Program-made: the position numbers and the translations under genes
Shown here: positions 40,184-52,654 of the stretch, in pieces
Layout: each line of letters starts with the position of its first letter
Position numbering within the stretch: the stretch's first letter is position 1
The notes under the pieces: model-generated
The model's database searches: none
Told to the model about the DNA's origin: nothing
What the model saw: the letters and a program-made list of their open reading frames with translations, nothing else
Assembly: GCA_008632985.1 (NCBI GenBank)
Contig: QPGO01000200.1
Coordinates: forward strand, 1-64,000
Origin: Psammoneis japonica
Taxonomy: Eukaryota
DNA length: 64,000 nt
Direction: 5' to 3'

Positions 40184-40681
40184 TGGGGCTACGACTAGCA
40201 TAAAATGCAATATGATATAATCATTGACATATAAAAAACATTAGTATAATTTATTAATGACGTATATAAAAGAATGTTGAATGACTGCATATGACTTTTT
40301 GTGTAAGATTTGTACTGCTCTACGCACTTAACGAAAAAAATGCTGAGGCAATATATAAAATGACTCTTCCTAAGTACGAATTCAAATGAAGGTCATGCCC
40401 ACGCCCGCCACGCCATTTAATCAAACATTCGAGCATAAATGAAGTAGTATTCAAAGACGGAGTTGACAAACGGAGTATCGACGGTTGAATGTGTCACATC
40501 TACAAAAGCATCTAAATAGTTGAAAAGTATGGACTTTTGTGTGACATTTGTGTATGTAGCACATGTAAAAACTGCTATTTGTTTTGGCAAGAACCGTTAT
40601 CGTTAAATAAAGGTACACATAAAATCCAATACAAAATGTCTGACCGGTATAACAGGTACGTTTATGCTAGTCGTAGCCTCA
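40184..40681. mobile_element. MITE copy 2, complete (~498 bp, ~21-bp TIRs, TA TSD)
   Basis: TA|TGGGGCTACGACTAGCATAAA ... TTTATGCTAGTCGTAGCCTCA|TA; AT-rich and non-coding. Confidence 0.9.
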
Positions 40682-40949
40682 TATACTTCTACTTGAGTCT
40701 CGTGCTCGAGAGAAAGAATTCTGTTAACACTCGTCGACAGAGAATCCAAAGTACTCGAAATTTCGATAGATAACCATGTTTTGTAGGCTATTCCCGGAGG
40801 GTTTCAGGGTATGAAGTCCTCACAATTCTGCCACTTCAGCGTTGAGACAAAGACTGAGAACCCGGTGCCACAGTTTAGTGGGCTACTTGGTGACATTGCT
40901 GCAGTGCATTGTCATGTTTTACATCTGTTTGTTAACTCCGATTTAAGTC

Positions 40950-43000
40950 CCATTCAGCTTGACTTAGAGAAAACCCTGCTCAACTCACATTCCACATCTT
41001 CCTTAATCCAATCTGGGTGCAGGTTCAGATTGGTTTCCATTGAGAGCTCGACCCGCTCCTCTGCAGCGAATCGCACAAATCTGCGCTTTTTGTGGACACG
41101 AAGGATCTCGCCATGTTGAACAATCCAGGATTCGTAGTCACCCATTTCACTGGCGTGCGGAATGTCGCTCAAGATTGCAAATTCATCTTCCGTCGGCTGA
41201 ATGCGGGCAATGACATCATACAATGCAACGTCCTTGATGCTGGGCGACGAAGCGCAGAAGCAGAGCTTGTTCAACTGCATTGTGTCAATTGCCGCCACGA
41301 CGTGAGCAACCACCTCGTCACGTTTCAAACGCAGCGCCTTGCCCAACCAGTCAATGCCCTCAAGCACAAACTGGCGTCGCCGATTGAACTGCGTGCGTCT
41401 TAAAGGGGGACTGCGCAAAGCATGTGCGAATGGACACTGAGCCGGGACGAACATCGAATGGGAACCAGTGGCATGCATCCCGCTTGTCCTTATGGGTGAC
41501 AGCCAAAGAGCTGTTTTGTTCAACAGAGTTTGGATTTCATTGCACAGTGCCATTGCGCAAGTGGTGAAAAATCGCATCGTCAAACGTCAGACCCGCACGC
41601 TCCATCAGCCGAGCTTTCACATGGTGGCACTCATCCCGGAAACAAGAAAGGATGTCGGTCATGCTGCAATCCGAGAGCTTAACTCCAACCAAATTTCCTG
41701 GACTGTGAACATTGTCCATCAGTTCACAAAGGAGAGACAGTGGCTCAAATCGCTCTGTGTGCATTGCCGTGGGTGCCGACTTGGGCTTGCGAGGAATGGG
41801 AAGGTCCAGCACCGCAACGTCATCTCTCGCATCGTCGTCGCTCGCACCGTCGTCATCATTGTCTTCTTCTGCGATCTCCCCATCAGACACCTCTCGCTCT
41901 GGAACATCCACAGCTGCAACAGTGTGAAAATTGGAAACGGCAACAGGGAAAAGAGCTTTTGCCACAATGTTCTGCGAGCTCGTGTCGTTTGCAAAGGCCA
42001 CTCCACGATCCTTCTGACTCGCCAAGAAGAGAGCAATGTTCTCGCTCTGCTTCATCTGGAGCTTAATCTCCGCGTCCTTTAAAGCTTTTTCTTGGCCCCG
42101 CTTCGTTTGTTCGATCTCCGCGTCCTTTAAAGCTTTTTCCCGGTCCCGCTTCGTTTGTTCAGCCTTTCGACGGGTGGCCGCGATTCGTTGCGCTTCTGCC
42201 TTGTCCAACTTTTTCCTGTTGCAGGACTTGCGAGAGGCACGCGAGCTCTTGTTGGTAGAGCACTTCGAGCCAATCTTCTTGCCAGCCACAGTGCTTTCTC
42301 AATCGCATTGAAGTTTTTGTTGTTCCTGTCGTTGTGACAGTGAGCCGAGAGGTTATTGGCGATTGGCATCGTCGAAAGTTTTTCAAACATTTTAACAAAC
42401 AAACGTTTCACATGGTTTGTCGTTTCAGTCCCGTGTCCCGTTGTCGCTCACCCGCCACCCATTTTGAAACGTTTCCGAAACAAACAAGCGAATGCCGATC
42501 ACCATGTGCAAAAAGCGGAGAATCGTTCAACGTGCCGTCCGCCTCTAGAGTACGGTACTCGTTCCAATGAGCTCCATGGTTTGATGTTTGATGTGTTTGA
42601 TCTTGATCTTGATGCGTTTTCCGTTATTTTGATGATGGATGCCGTCAATGTGTTTATAAAAAGCCTCCAAATATGTATAAAAAGTCATTTTACTTTCTCT
42701 AAATCTGTTTTGAATGACCGGACAACACGAGAAGACCCGGAGAAAATGTCCATTTGATTTTGAACGAGTTTTCCTACCAGGTTGTCGTAGAGAAATCCGG
42801 GGCATCGAAGGAAATGTCCATCCGATCTTTTCCGATTTTGAACGAGTTTTTTCTACAGTACCGAATTGACGTAGTTCACAGGGCTTAAGTATAAATGACC
42901 ACAAAAATGTCGCATGTGTTGTCAAGTGTTTATCTATAGCCCTTACTGCCCAAATCCGATCTTTTCCGATTTTGAACGCCTTTTCCCTACCAGAAAGACG
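40950..43000 (-). mobile_element. Putative decayed DNA transposon with a TpA-depleted coding interior and subterminal repeats
   Basis: ORFs 41537-42289 and 40954-41583 are nearly Tyr-free. GATTTTGAACG..TTTT..CTAC repeated three times at ~42755, 42833 and 42967. No transposase motif recognised. Confidence 0.4.
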
Positions 43001-43238
43001 TATTTCACGGGGCAATATAAGATGATGACTACAAATATGTCACACTACTTATGGAAAGTCATGAGATTTATTTTAAATCTTTTGCTGTCTTCGTCGTACG
43101 TAAGTCTGTCACGTTTGTTCCATGCACCACTGTACCCCGGACCCCGCCCGGGTACTGTATGTACCGAGCTAAGAGAGTAACCCATAGGCCATGGATATAC
43201 CTTGTCGGCGTTCTTGTAGTAATCGAATCATGTTTCAT

Positions 43239-45404
43239 ATGGGACGTTATGACCCAAAGAATGACAGGCAAGTTGTTGAAAAGGACCATGCTCCAGCGAA
43301 GAGAATTCCAACAAAGAAACAAGGAAGCGGAGCCCGAGATGGTAGCTCGAGCTCGGCGCCTTCAACAGATACTGACGACAGCAGAAGCATTGAACATGAT
43401 ACGAGCATCGGGAAAAATCTACATGTCATAGCACCTGAGCAGAAGACAATGCCCTCGGTAAAAGCTCATGTTGGAGGCACTGACGAGGAATATGATGATT
43501 TTGATTCTGTACAGAACGAGGAACCAGAAATTACTGAGTCAAACCACAATACCAAGGAAATCGCTACTGCGCTTCATATGTCCAGTCTCCCGATAAAAGA
43601 TGCTGCTCATACTTGGGATCTTGCGCCTTTTCTCGTGGAGAACCTACAACGCGATGGGTATGATCATTTTTTCCCCATTCAATCATTAGTCATTCCCAAT
43701 GTCATCTCGTCAGAGCGCCACCCTCACATTCGCGCCCGTGACGTGTGTGTGGCCGCCCCAACAGGGAGCGGCAAAACATTGGCCTTCGTAATTCCTGTGT
43801 TGAATGCCCTTTCTTCACGACGAGTTAGACGACTGCGGGCTTTGGTGGTCCTGCCAAGTCGTGACTTGGGTGAGTCCCTATGATTCTCTCTTTCGTTGTA
43901 GTTTGTGCGTACAGCGTATCTCAACGATCCGACTTTTTCGGCATTAACTCACAGCGACCCAGGTGTTCAAGGTGTTTGATCGCTACACCCACGGCTCTGA
44001 TTTGCACGTAGGTCTAGCGGTAGGGCAAAGAGACTTCTCGACTGAACAGGAGGCGCTGACTGTAGGGCCCAGGGAAGTTTCCCGTTTCGATGATGTTGCA
44101 AGAGCTCGTCACCGATATTCCTTTCATCCTGGGAGTGCAGAACATGCTTTAGAGGCATTCTCCGGTGTGCCAGGGGACGAAAAATCTTTTGTGTTGCCCA
44201 GAGGCGGCAGGAGCGCGGTGGATGTGTTGGTTGCCACACCCGGGCGGTTGGTCGACCACCTTGACAAAACTCCGGGATTTACGTTACAACATTTGCGTTT
44301 TCTTGTTATCGACGAAGCAGACCGTTTAGTCAACCAAAGCTACCATAATTGGATTGATTCTGTTGTCAATGGCACGAACTCGGCTTCGGTCAGAGAATGG
44401 CATAAAGTAGAGCGCGTTTCACCCGTGCTCGATATCGCTCCCGACAAGGACTCTTTCAGTATTGACCCAATCACATGGAGACGAGGAGGCACAGAAGGTG
44501 ATAACTCTTTGTTCAGTACAAACGACAGCTATTCGTCTGTTGTAGCGTCAGTTTGTCGTCCCGTTCAGCTTCGAAAGCTTCTTTACTCGGCAACGTTGAC
44601 AAGAGATCCTCAGAAACTTGCTTCTCTTGGTCTCGTGAACCCAAAACACTTCGATGCTCACTTCATGAACAGAGATTATAATTCGACAAACCGTCAGCCG
44701 CGTCAGAGATACTCCATGCCCCCTGGACTCTCCGAGCACACAGTTGAATGCACGGCGGAACAAAAACCTCTTGTACTGCTTGCGATCGTGCTTGAATACC
44801 TGGCAAAAGGACGGAATCACGAAGATCGTAGTGGTGGCATAATTGTTGTGTTTACTTCTAGTGTTGATTCAACGCATAGACTGGTGCGTCTGTTACAACT
44901 CCTTTGGGCAGCTGCTGCTTTGGGTGCTCCGAATTCGGTCGCGGAATTTTCCAGCGCCCTGAACCAGAAACAGCGATCAAGTTTGATGAAACGCTGCAAT
45001 GCCTCTGATGGAGGTGTCTCTGTTGTTGTGTGTTCTGATGGAATGTCGCGCGGAATGGATTTGCCTTCTGTTGGCGTTGTGATTAACTACGATGTCCCCA
45101 GTTTTGCAAAAACGTACGTTCATCGATGTGGTCGAACAGCCAGGGCCGGTAAAGAGGGGACAGCGATCAGTGTCTTGAAAGGAGGTCAAGTTATCCAGTT
45201 TCAGAGAATGCGAGGTTTATTGATTTCCCTAACCGCGTAACTTCTCTCAAAGTCAAGAAAGAGCTTATTCGCGACGTAATGCCGCTTTACGGTCCATGCG
45301 TTAAAACTCTTCGAAAGGTGATCGAAACGGAAAAAAGTGGGGGGCTGGACAGCGCTTCATCCATTCCAACCCAATGGATTCCATCAGGCATTCGTCATGC
45401 TTAA
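43239..45404 (+). CDS. DBP6: DEAD-box RNA helicase DDX51/Dbp6; intron 43870-43954; apparent 1-nt frameshift near 45220
   Basis: FFPIQ Q-motif, [49 protein letters not shown]. Confidence 0.88.
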
Positions 45405-45649
45405 TGATTTCCGTTCTCCATTCTGGATTCATTCGTCAAGAACCTCACCTGAGAAATGACACGACGACAAATTGATAATGTGTAATGCTGCATTTTAGAG
45501 CTGCTAGGATTTCCTCTTTCATAGTACCGTTGCTAAAGCATTCATCAGAGCTACATGGCACTCTTGCTGCTCTAGAGTAGCACTGCACTTGACATGAATG
45601 TCCGCTCCGGTATGTCTCAAATCTCCCCATCAACAGTCATCCTTTATCA

Positions 45650-46520
45650 AACCATGCTGGATCTGGTGTCACAAGGGCCTTGTCCTCAGCTGCAGAGGGC
45701 TTGTACGTCGGGTCAAGAATGCGTGCGACGTCTTGGGAGCGGGCCTGTGCGATGATGGAGGTGTGCCACGTGTGCCACTGTTTGTCGGACTTGAGAAGCG
45801 CGAAGGCAAGTGGGTCACGTTTGATGCCTCATTTAAAGTCATGCATGGGATCACGTGGTTTGGGTGGCAACGAGCCAGGAGTGGGAGCAGATGGTGCTGT
45901 GCCCATGGAGAGGGACGCTGCATGCTCAGGACTAAGACGACAGTTGGTGAACTCCTCTTGTGTGAACAATTGAGGGTCATTGCTGACATCCGCGCCGCCG
46001 TGCACTTTCACCCTGTGCAGGCTAATCAACGCAGCCATCTGTGCTTTGTGGCCACGTGGCAAAGGCATTTGATTGGTTCCGTCATTGCACACAAGGGCAT
46101 CCAATTGCATCGGAGTAAAAGTGAAAAGGTCCTGATGCGAATCGGTTCCATCAATGTTGAGAGCGGAGTGCAATGGACTGTCCGCAGCTTGATTCAGAAC
46201 AGTGCCTAGAATGTGCTTGAGGCCATCAATTTGTTGTTGCCTGGTGAGAACCATGTTGCAACCAGGTGGATGTCGGAACCAGCTGGAGTCAGAGGGTGAG
46301 CTTGAAACAACTTGAAACTTGACTTGAATCTTGACTTGATGTCTTGGACTGTCTTGAGAGTCAGAAGCCGCCGGGCTGTGACACCCCGTTCACAGTGAGT
46401 GCTGAGCTTCCCATCTGGTCTGTGGAGTTGTGCCGGCACGTCTGAACCTGCAGCTGGCGATGCTTTGGGTTGCTTGAGAGTGGAGCAACGGGTTAAAAAC
46501 CCCTGCTGACAAGCCAACTG
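45650..46520 (-). mobile_element. Truncated CoDi-type Copia gag fragment
   Basis: ORF 45829-46254 continues past a TGA as DFK*GIKRDPLAFALLKSDKQWHTW...AQARSQDVARILDPTY, which resembles diatom Copia gag. Confidence 0.7.
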
Positions 46521-46675
46521 GAGGTGGACAAGACCTCCGAACCGTTCTTGTTTAATGTCGGTTGGACAACCCGATCAGGCTGGCCAAATTTGGCGCTGTG
46601 GAGGGACGAACAAATGTGGGAAATGCACCCTCGCCCCAACGCAGGCTGTGATCACGAATTGCTTCCTCTCGCAGT

Positions 46676-47054
46676 TGCAACACGCGTTGTCATGCATGTC
46701 ATGTGTGTGTGTGTGCATGTGTTGAACAAATTTATGTTCCAATCGCACGTCAATCGTGGGTTCGTACGAAGGACAGATCAATCACACAGAGTTGATCGGA
46801 TGTCGACAATCGCAAATGCGATCGCACGATGATGTTGACATCTTGCGTGTCAATGTCAATCGCATCCGGACAATCTGTTGTCCCGATCATGTTCTCAGAA
46901 AGGCCTTTTGTCTGTGGGAGCAGTGCAAAAGGTTTGGGCCATTGAGAACCCGTTCGGAGAAATCCAAAATGATTGTGCAGAAACAATTCTCACAATTTTC
47001 ACCTTTTGAACTTCGTTCTGCTTTCGTTTGCACTCATTCTTCAAGCACAGTGCA
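46676..47054 (+). repeat. Gypsy 5' LTR
   Basis: Aligns without gaps to 51458-51836. Confidence 0.95.
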
Positions 47055-47089
47055 TTGTGCATGCACACCACAGAAGGCAACTAGTTCAA

Positions 47090-48243
47090 GATGAAGCTTT
47101 CACCTCAGGCAACCAAGGCCAAGACTTCGTCAAGGCAGGAAAGAGAATCGTTCCTCAACCGTTGGAATCGAACTCCGAGCCGAAGAGCCTCAAACCGAGC
47201 CAGTGTCTCAAGATGGAGCAGTGTTTTCATCCGGAGAAGAAGGACAGTCGGACCTGCACGATCAACGTCGAGTGCTGCAAGAAACAGGGCGTTCCCAAGC
47301 ACATCGAATTTTTAAAGAGCTGCGATCAACTTCTGGTGGGCCAGAACATCAGTGAGCAAGCCGACAAGTTCCGTCTCATGCATGTGTTGTTACAAGGAGA
47401 CGCTCTACGTGCTTTTGAGAATGCAGCGGCAAACATTGAAGATGAATCTGCGGAAGGAAGCTTCAAGAAATGCCCACAGCACCTCACAAAACATGTGTTT
47501 CCCAAGAACGCACTTTCGGTTCAGAAACGTCATCTACGTCGCGATCTCAAGAAGCCCGAGTCCATGAAAGTGCGCGAGATTGCTGCTTGGGTCCAGGAAG
47601 TTAACGAAGACCTCAAGTTCCATCCTCCCTTTGGAAAGGATCAGAAGATCGAGGAGGACGAGCTCAAGGACATCCTCTTCAATCTTGCACCTCGAAAGTG
47701 GCAGCGCCAGTCGACCGTCCAGGGTTTCGAAATTTTGAAACATGCCTGCGACAAGTTGGTTGAGTTTTTGGAGCGCCTGGAGGTCGCTGAGGATGCACTC
47801 GATGGCATTCATGCCAAGGCTGATCCCAGCAGCAGTGCTGGATTGAAAGCCAAGAGTGGTTCCCAACGTGGTTCCAAAAATGGTCACCAACATGGCACCA
47901 AAAATCTCAGTCCACAAGTGGTGCATTCTTGCAAAAATCCACTCACAATGCGGACAAGTGCTGGTCGACTAAAAGACTTGCAAAAGAATGCCGTGGGAAC
48001 TGTGAACCCGACCCAAAATGGCGCCATTCAAATGGCAATCGCATGTGGTCTCGTCGCGATAACAACAACGCCACTCGCAAAGAAGAGTTGAATGCTGTGG
48101 CAGTCCAAGCAGTTCAAAAATTGCTCAAAGCGAGTTCTTTGAACAATCGTGAAAAGCGCAAGAGCAAAGATTGTGACTCTGACACCCTTGACGAGGAGAA
48201 TTGTCAGTTTGAAAAATTGACGCGCAGCGATTCTGAGGAATGA
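47090..48243 (+). pseudogene. Gypsy gag remnant
   Basis: Lies within Tyr-free ORF 46973-48091 (LLQGDALRAFE, VFPKNALSVQKRHLRR, VEFLERLE). Confidence 0.8.
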
Positions 48244-48329
48244 CTTGCACCACAAGAGGAGTCTTGCGCACTGCTGGACATCAGGAAGCCCAGAAAAAGG
48301 GCCAAGATGACTCACACTGGTCCAGTTGT

Positions 48330-51300
48330 CATCGCTTGTATGAACACTTCTCCAGGTAAAGCGAAAAACTAGCCTCTGCGCGTTCTCCTTGACAGCAGAA
48401 CATCGTCAACCACAATTTTGCGCAAATTCACGCGGAAACTCAGAACCAAAGCATCCGCCACCAAACTCTGGGAAACCAAAGGAGGGCTCTTTACCACTGA
48501 CAGTCAATGTAAAATCCAGTTCTCCTGCCCGAATTTGACAAACACAAGATGATCGAAACAACGGTGTGTGTTGACAGCTCCTCTTCTTCTTCAAGTCATC
48601 ACGATGTGATCATGGGACGTGACTTAATGTCGAGTCTTGGGACAATGTAGACTTCTCGAACAAAGAGATCAAATGGGAAGATGCAGCTGCTCCTATGAAG
48701 AATGTTGATGCACTCTTCGATGCCGATGTTTTTAAGTTGATTGCCGATCACATTGAGGAATCTCGTGCAGCGATCAGTCTCAATGACAGGGTCAATCGGA
48801 TCCTTGACTCAGACTGTCATGCCACAAACCTCACAATGTGACAGCAGCAGCTGCTCATCTAACTCCTGAAGAGCAGAAGCAGCTGAACTTCCTTTTAAAA
48901 AGATTTGAAAATCCTTTTGATGGTTCTCCAGGCAAATGGACCGGGAAGCCAGTGGATTTAAAGTTGAATCGGGCGTGAGTCCGCATCATGCCAAACCATT
49001 TCCCGTGCCACAAGCCTTGGAGGCGACTGCTCGTAAAGAGGTTGAAAGACCATGCAGGTTAAAAGTTTTAAGAAAAACAAATTGCTCTGAATGGGCCACT
49101 CCAACTTTCGTTCAACCCAAGAAAAATGGTCGAGTTTGATTTCCACCCAACTTTCGTGAGCTGAACAAGAGGTTGATGCACACTCCGTTTCCTCTGCCCA
49201 ACTTTCAGGACATGCTGCAGAAACTTGAAGGTTTCATGATTGCAACGTCCCTGGATTTAAATGTGGGATGCCATCATGTCAAGCTGACGCTGCACGCACG
49301 TCGTTTGTGCACGATTGTCATGCCTTGGGGCAAGTCTGAGCACTGTAGACTCCCTGTCGGAATCTGTGGAGCTCCAGACATTTTCCAAGAGCACATGAGT
49401 GAGCTCATGGCAGGTCTGGAGTTCGTCAGAACTTGCATTGACGACACATTGTGCCTTGCAAAAGGTGATTTTCAAGACCACCTCAAGAAGCTTGAGATGG
49501 TGTTTTCTCACCTAGAACAAGCTGGATTGAAGGTCAATGCCAAAAAGTCTTTTTTCGCTAAACCCGAAGTGGGCTGTCTGGGCTTCCACATCACTTGCAA
49601 TGGCATCAGCCCAATTCCAAAAAAGGTAGAAGCGATTCATGCGATCGCAACTCCTGAAACTTGGGAGGAATTACGACGCTTTGTTGGTGTGATCAACTGC
49701 TGTCGAGACATGTGGCCTTGACGATCTCATGTTTTAGCTCCTTCAGCCAAACTCACTTCAACACAAGTGAAGTGGCAATGGACCGAAACAGAACAAAAAG
49801 CCTTCGAAAATGTGAAGCGCATAATTTCCAAGATGTGTTGCTGTCATGTCCGAATTTCAATGTGCCCTTTGAGATGCACACTGATGCGAGCAATTCTCAA
49901 TTGGGGGCAGTCATTGCGCAGAAGAACCAACCAATTGCCTTCTGCAGCCACAAGCTGAATGGAGTGCAGACGCGTTGTGCTGCAACAGAAAAAGAACTGT
50001 TGTCCACAGTGGAGATCAAAGGAGTTCCGAAATGTGCTGTTTGGCCAACAGACAAACATGTGCGCGGATCACAAAAATCTCACACACAAAAATTTCACAA
50101 CGGACAGAGTCATGCGTTGCGTCTGACAACAGAAGAACACAGTCCTAAAATGATGTGCCTTGAGGGCAAGGCGAATGTTGTCGCAGATGCGATCAGCCGA
50201 CTTGCTGTGAAAAAAAACAGAACCTGTGAAAACCCTCAGCACAGAAGAGTTGGCTGAGAAGGTCCTGCCAAAATCCCGTGACAATGTCTTTCCGTTAAAT
50301 TGTGAAGTTCTTGATCATGAACAAAAACGGAACAAAGACATTCTCTCCAAATTGTCAAATGAGACATTTCACATGAAGACTTTTCGTGGAGGCGAGCGAG
50401 ACCGGTTGCTCACATGTCACAAGGAAAAAATCATCGTCCCAAGACGTTACAAAAAGCAGTGACAGATTGGCATCATGCGCACCTTCTTCACCCTGGCATA
50501 AATCAAACAGAAGAACAATCTCACAACACCTGTGGTGGTCCACCTTGCGTGAAGACATACGAAAATGCGTGTCAAGATGTGAGACATGCCAGAAATTCAA
50601 AAAGAAACATGAGAAATGTGGTCATTTACCTCCCAAGTGTGCAGAATCAGTGCCATGGGAACGACTGTGTGTGGATCCCATTGGGCCATGCAAAATGCGT
50701 CACAAGAGAGAGAAAGAACCCCCAGTCCTGAAATGTTTGACAATGATTGATCCGGCAACCAGATGGTTTGAAGTTGTGGAAATCCAAAAAGGAATCCACA
50801 ACTGCAGCCGGATTGTTAGAACGAACATGGTTGGGTAGACATCCTTGGCCATCGTCAATCACATGTGACCGTGGAAGTGAGTTCATCGGACACCAGTTTA
50901 AAGACATGGTGCAAGAGGATTGTGGCATTGAAGTCAAGCCTGCCAACTGCACGAAATCCACAAGCAAACGCAATTGTTGAACTCGCACATCAAGTGCTCG
51001 GAAATGACCCGTGCACTTGATTTGCAGCACACACCTCTGGATGCTGAGGATCCCTTTGCTGGAACATTGTCAGCAGCAGCTTTTGCTGTGCGTTCTGCAC
51101 ATCATGCTGCCACACAAGCTGCACCTGGACAATTGGTTTCAACAGGGACATGACATTCGACGTCCAACATGTCGCAGACTGGAAATTAATCCAGCAGCGA
51201 AAACAAGAAATCACAAATGAAAATGACGCTCGAGAGAATGCTCAACGTGCTCCTCACACGCACAGAGTGGGAGAGAAAATGCCACTCAAAAAAGACTCGC

Positions 51301-51431
51301 AGAAATTAGAACAGCCCCATGTTGGACTGCATGCAATGACAACGGCACATGCCAATGGCACAGCACAGATCAAACGCGGCAACGTCATTGACGCTGTCAA
51401 CATTCGTCGGACAATGCCGTTTAATGACTGA
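48330..51431 (+). pseudogene. Gypsy pol (PR-RT-RH-IN), fragmented
   Basis: ORFs 48936-49139, 49173-49721, 49661-50257, 50386-50838, 50747-50980 and 51150-51431. Confidence 0.92.
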
Positions 51432-51457
51432 CTCTAATGTGCAATTGGGGAGGCGAA

Positions 51458-51836
51458 TGCAATGTGCGTTGTCATGCACATTGTGCATGTGCACATCTGC
51501 ATGTCAAATAAATTTGCGCTCCAATCGTGCGTCAATCGTGGGTTCGTACAAAGGACAGATCAATCACACAGAGTTGGTCGGATGACGAGAATCGCAAATG
51601 CGATCGTACGATGATGTTGACATCTTGCGTGTCAATGTCAATCGCATCCGGACAATCTGTTGTCCCGATCATGTTCTCCGAAAGGCCTTTTGTCTGCAGG
51701 AGCAGTGCAAAAGGTTTGGGCCATTGAGAACCCATTCGGAAAAATCCAAAATGATTGCGCAGAAATGACTCTCACAATTTTCACTTTTTGAACTTCGCTC
51801 TACTTTCGTTTGCACTCGTTCTTCGAGCACAGTGCA
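51458..51836 (+). repeat. Gypsy 3' LTR
   Basis: Direct repeat of 46676-47054, directly after the PPT. Confidence 0.95.
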
Positions 51837-52654
51837 CAGTTGTCCTCGTGGACCCTGCAGGACTGCAGAAGACCAGCAATCCGGTGCAGATGCGAGGCGG
51901 CAGACTTGGCGTGCGCAGAGCAGAGCCAGAGTTGGGGATTTGTGTCGTGTGTGTGTGAACGCATTCGGGTGCATTGGCAGGATCCGCTGCAAGGAATCCG
52001 GAATCTCAGATGTCTGAGAATTTAGGAATTCCCAGCCAAACAAACATCCGTTGAAAACAAGTGTGTCCAACGATGGGAGGTGTCGGATGAATCCAAACGT
52101 GTGGATTTAATCCAGCACTCAGCAGTGAAGAAGGCAGATGTGTGCTTCCACCGCCAACCGTGCGCATCATCGAAAATTTCTCGATGACGATGATGAACGC
52201 TCAATGGACAACAAAGAGCAAGACCGCCAATCTGACAGAAAATGAAGACAACTGGGTGGAAGAAAACAACAACTCCTCACTGCTGTCTGAGCAGCAGATG
52301 AGTCTCCGTGCAGAGACCATTGCAGGAGCCGAAAGACTGGTGTCGTGACATCGGTGCTGCTGTTGTCATTCTTGTGAGCTCTGTGGCTCGAAAGCAAACT
52401 ACATCGCGCGACGCGCGCGGAACTGAGAGCACACATGATTGTGTGTGACAAACTAAAATCTTGTTCAAATCCTGTCAGCGCGAAAGTGCAGCGTGGTTTT
52501 GTGCTGTCCTCAACAATCGACCAAGCCGGTCATTTGACACCTGACCTGACCCAACAAGTTAAAGCAGGCTTTGATGATTGTGTCTGGCGGTTGGACAGTG
52601 TTAAACAACCTGAGGTGGCTTTCATAAGACAACCAGCAAGAGGACACATTTTTG

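Larger units (their letters stand above)
46676..51836 (+). mobile_element. Full-length decayed Ty3/Gypsy LTR retrotransposon (5161 bp)
   Basis: Two 379-bp LTRs, 4-bp TSD CAGT (46672-75 and 51837-40), PPT GGGGAGGCGAA. Order is gag, protease (VLLDS, DVIMGRD), RT (WATPTF, LDLNVG, TCIDD), RNase H (HTDAS, TEKELLS), integrase (HPG, C..C, DRGSEF). Confidence 0.96.

Noticed and set aside
46676..51836. Classical RIP or simple CpG deamination as the explanation
   Set aside because: RIP creates TpA, and CpG decay cannot turn Tyr into Cys or His. Many CpGs survive in this element.
46676..51836. ADAR/APOBEC-type editing during retrotransposition, or DGR adenine mutagenesis
   Set aside because: Changes occur as both A->G and T->C on one strand, differ between the two LTRs, are transition-only, and also hit a non-retroelement gene. 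There is no TR/VR pair.
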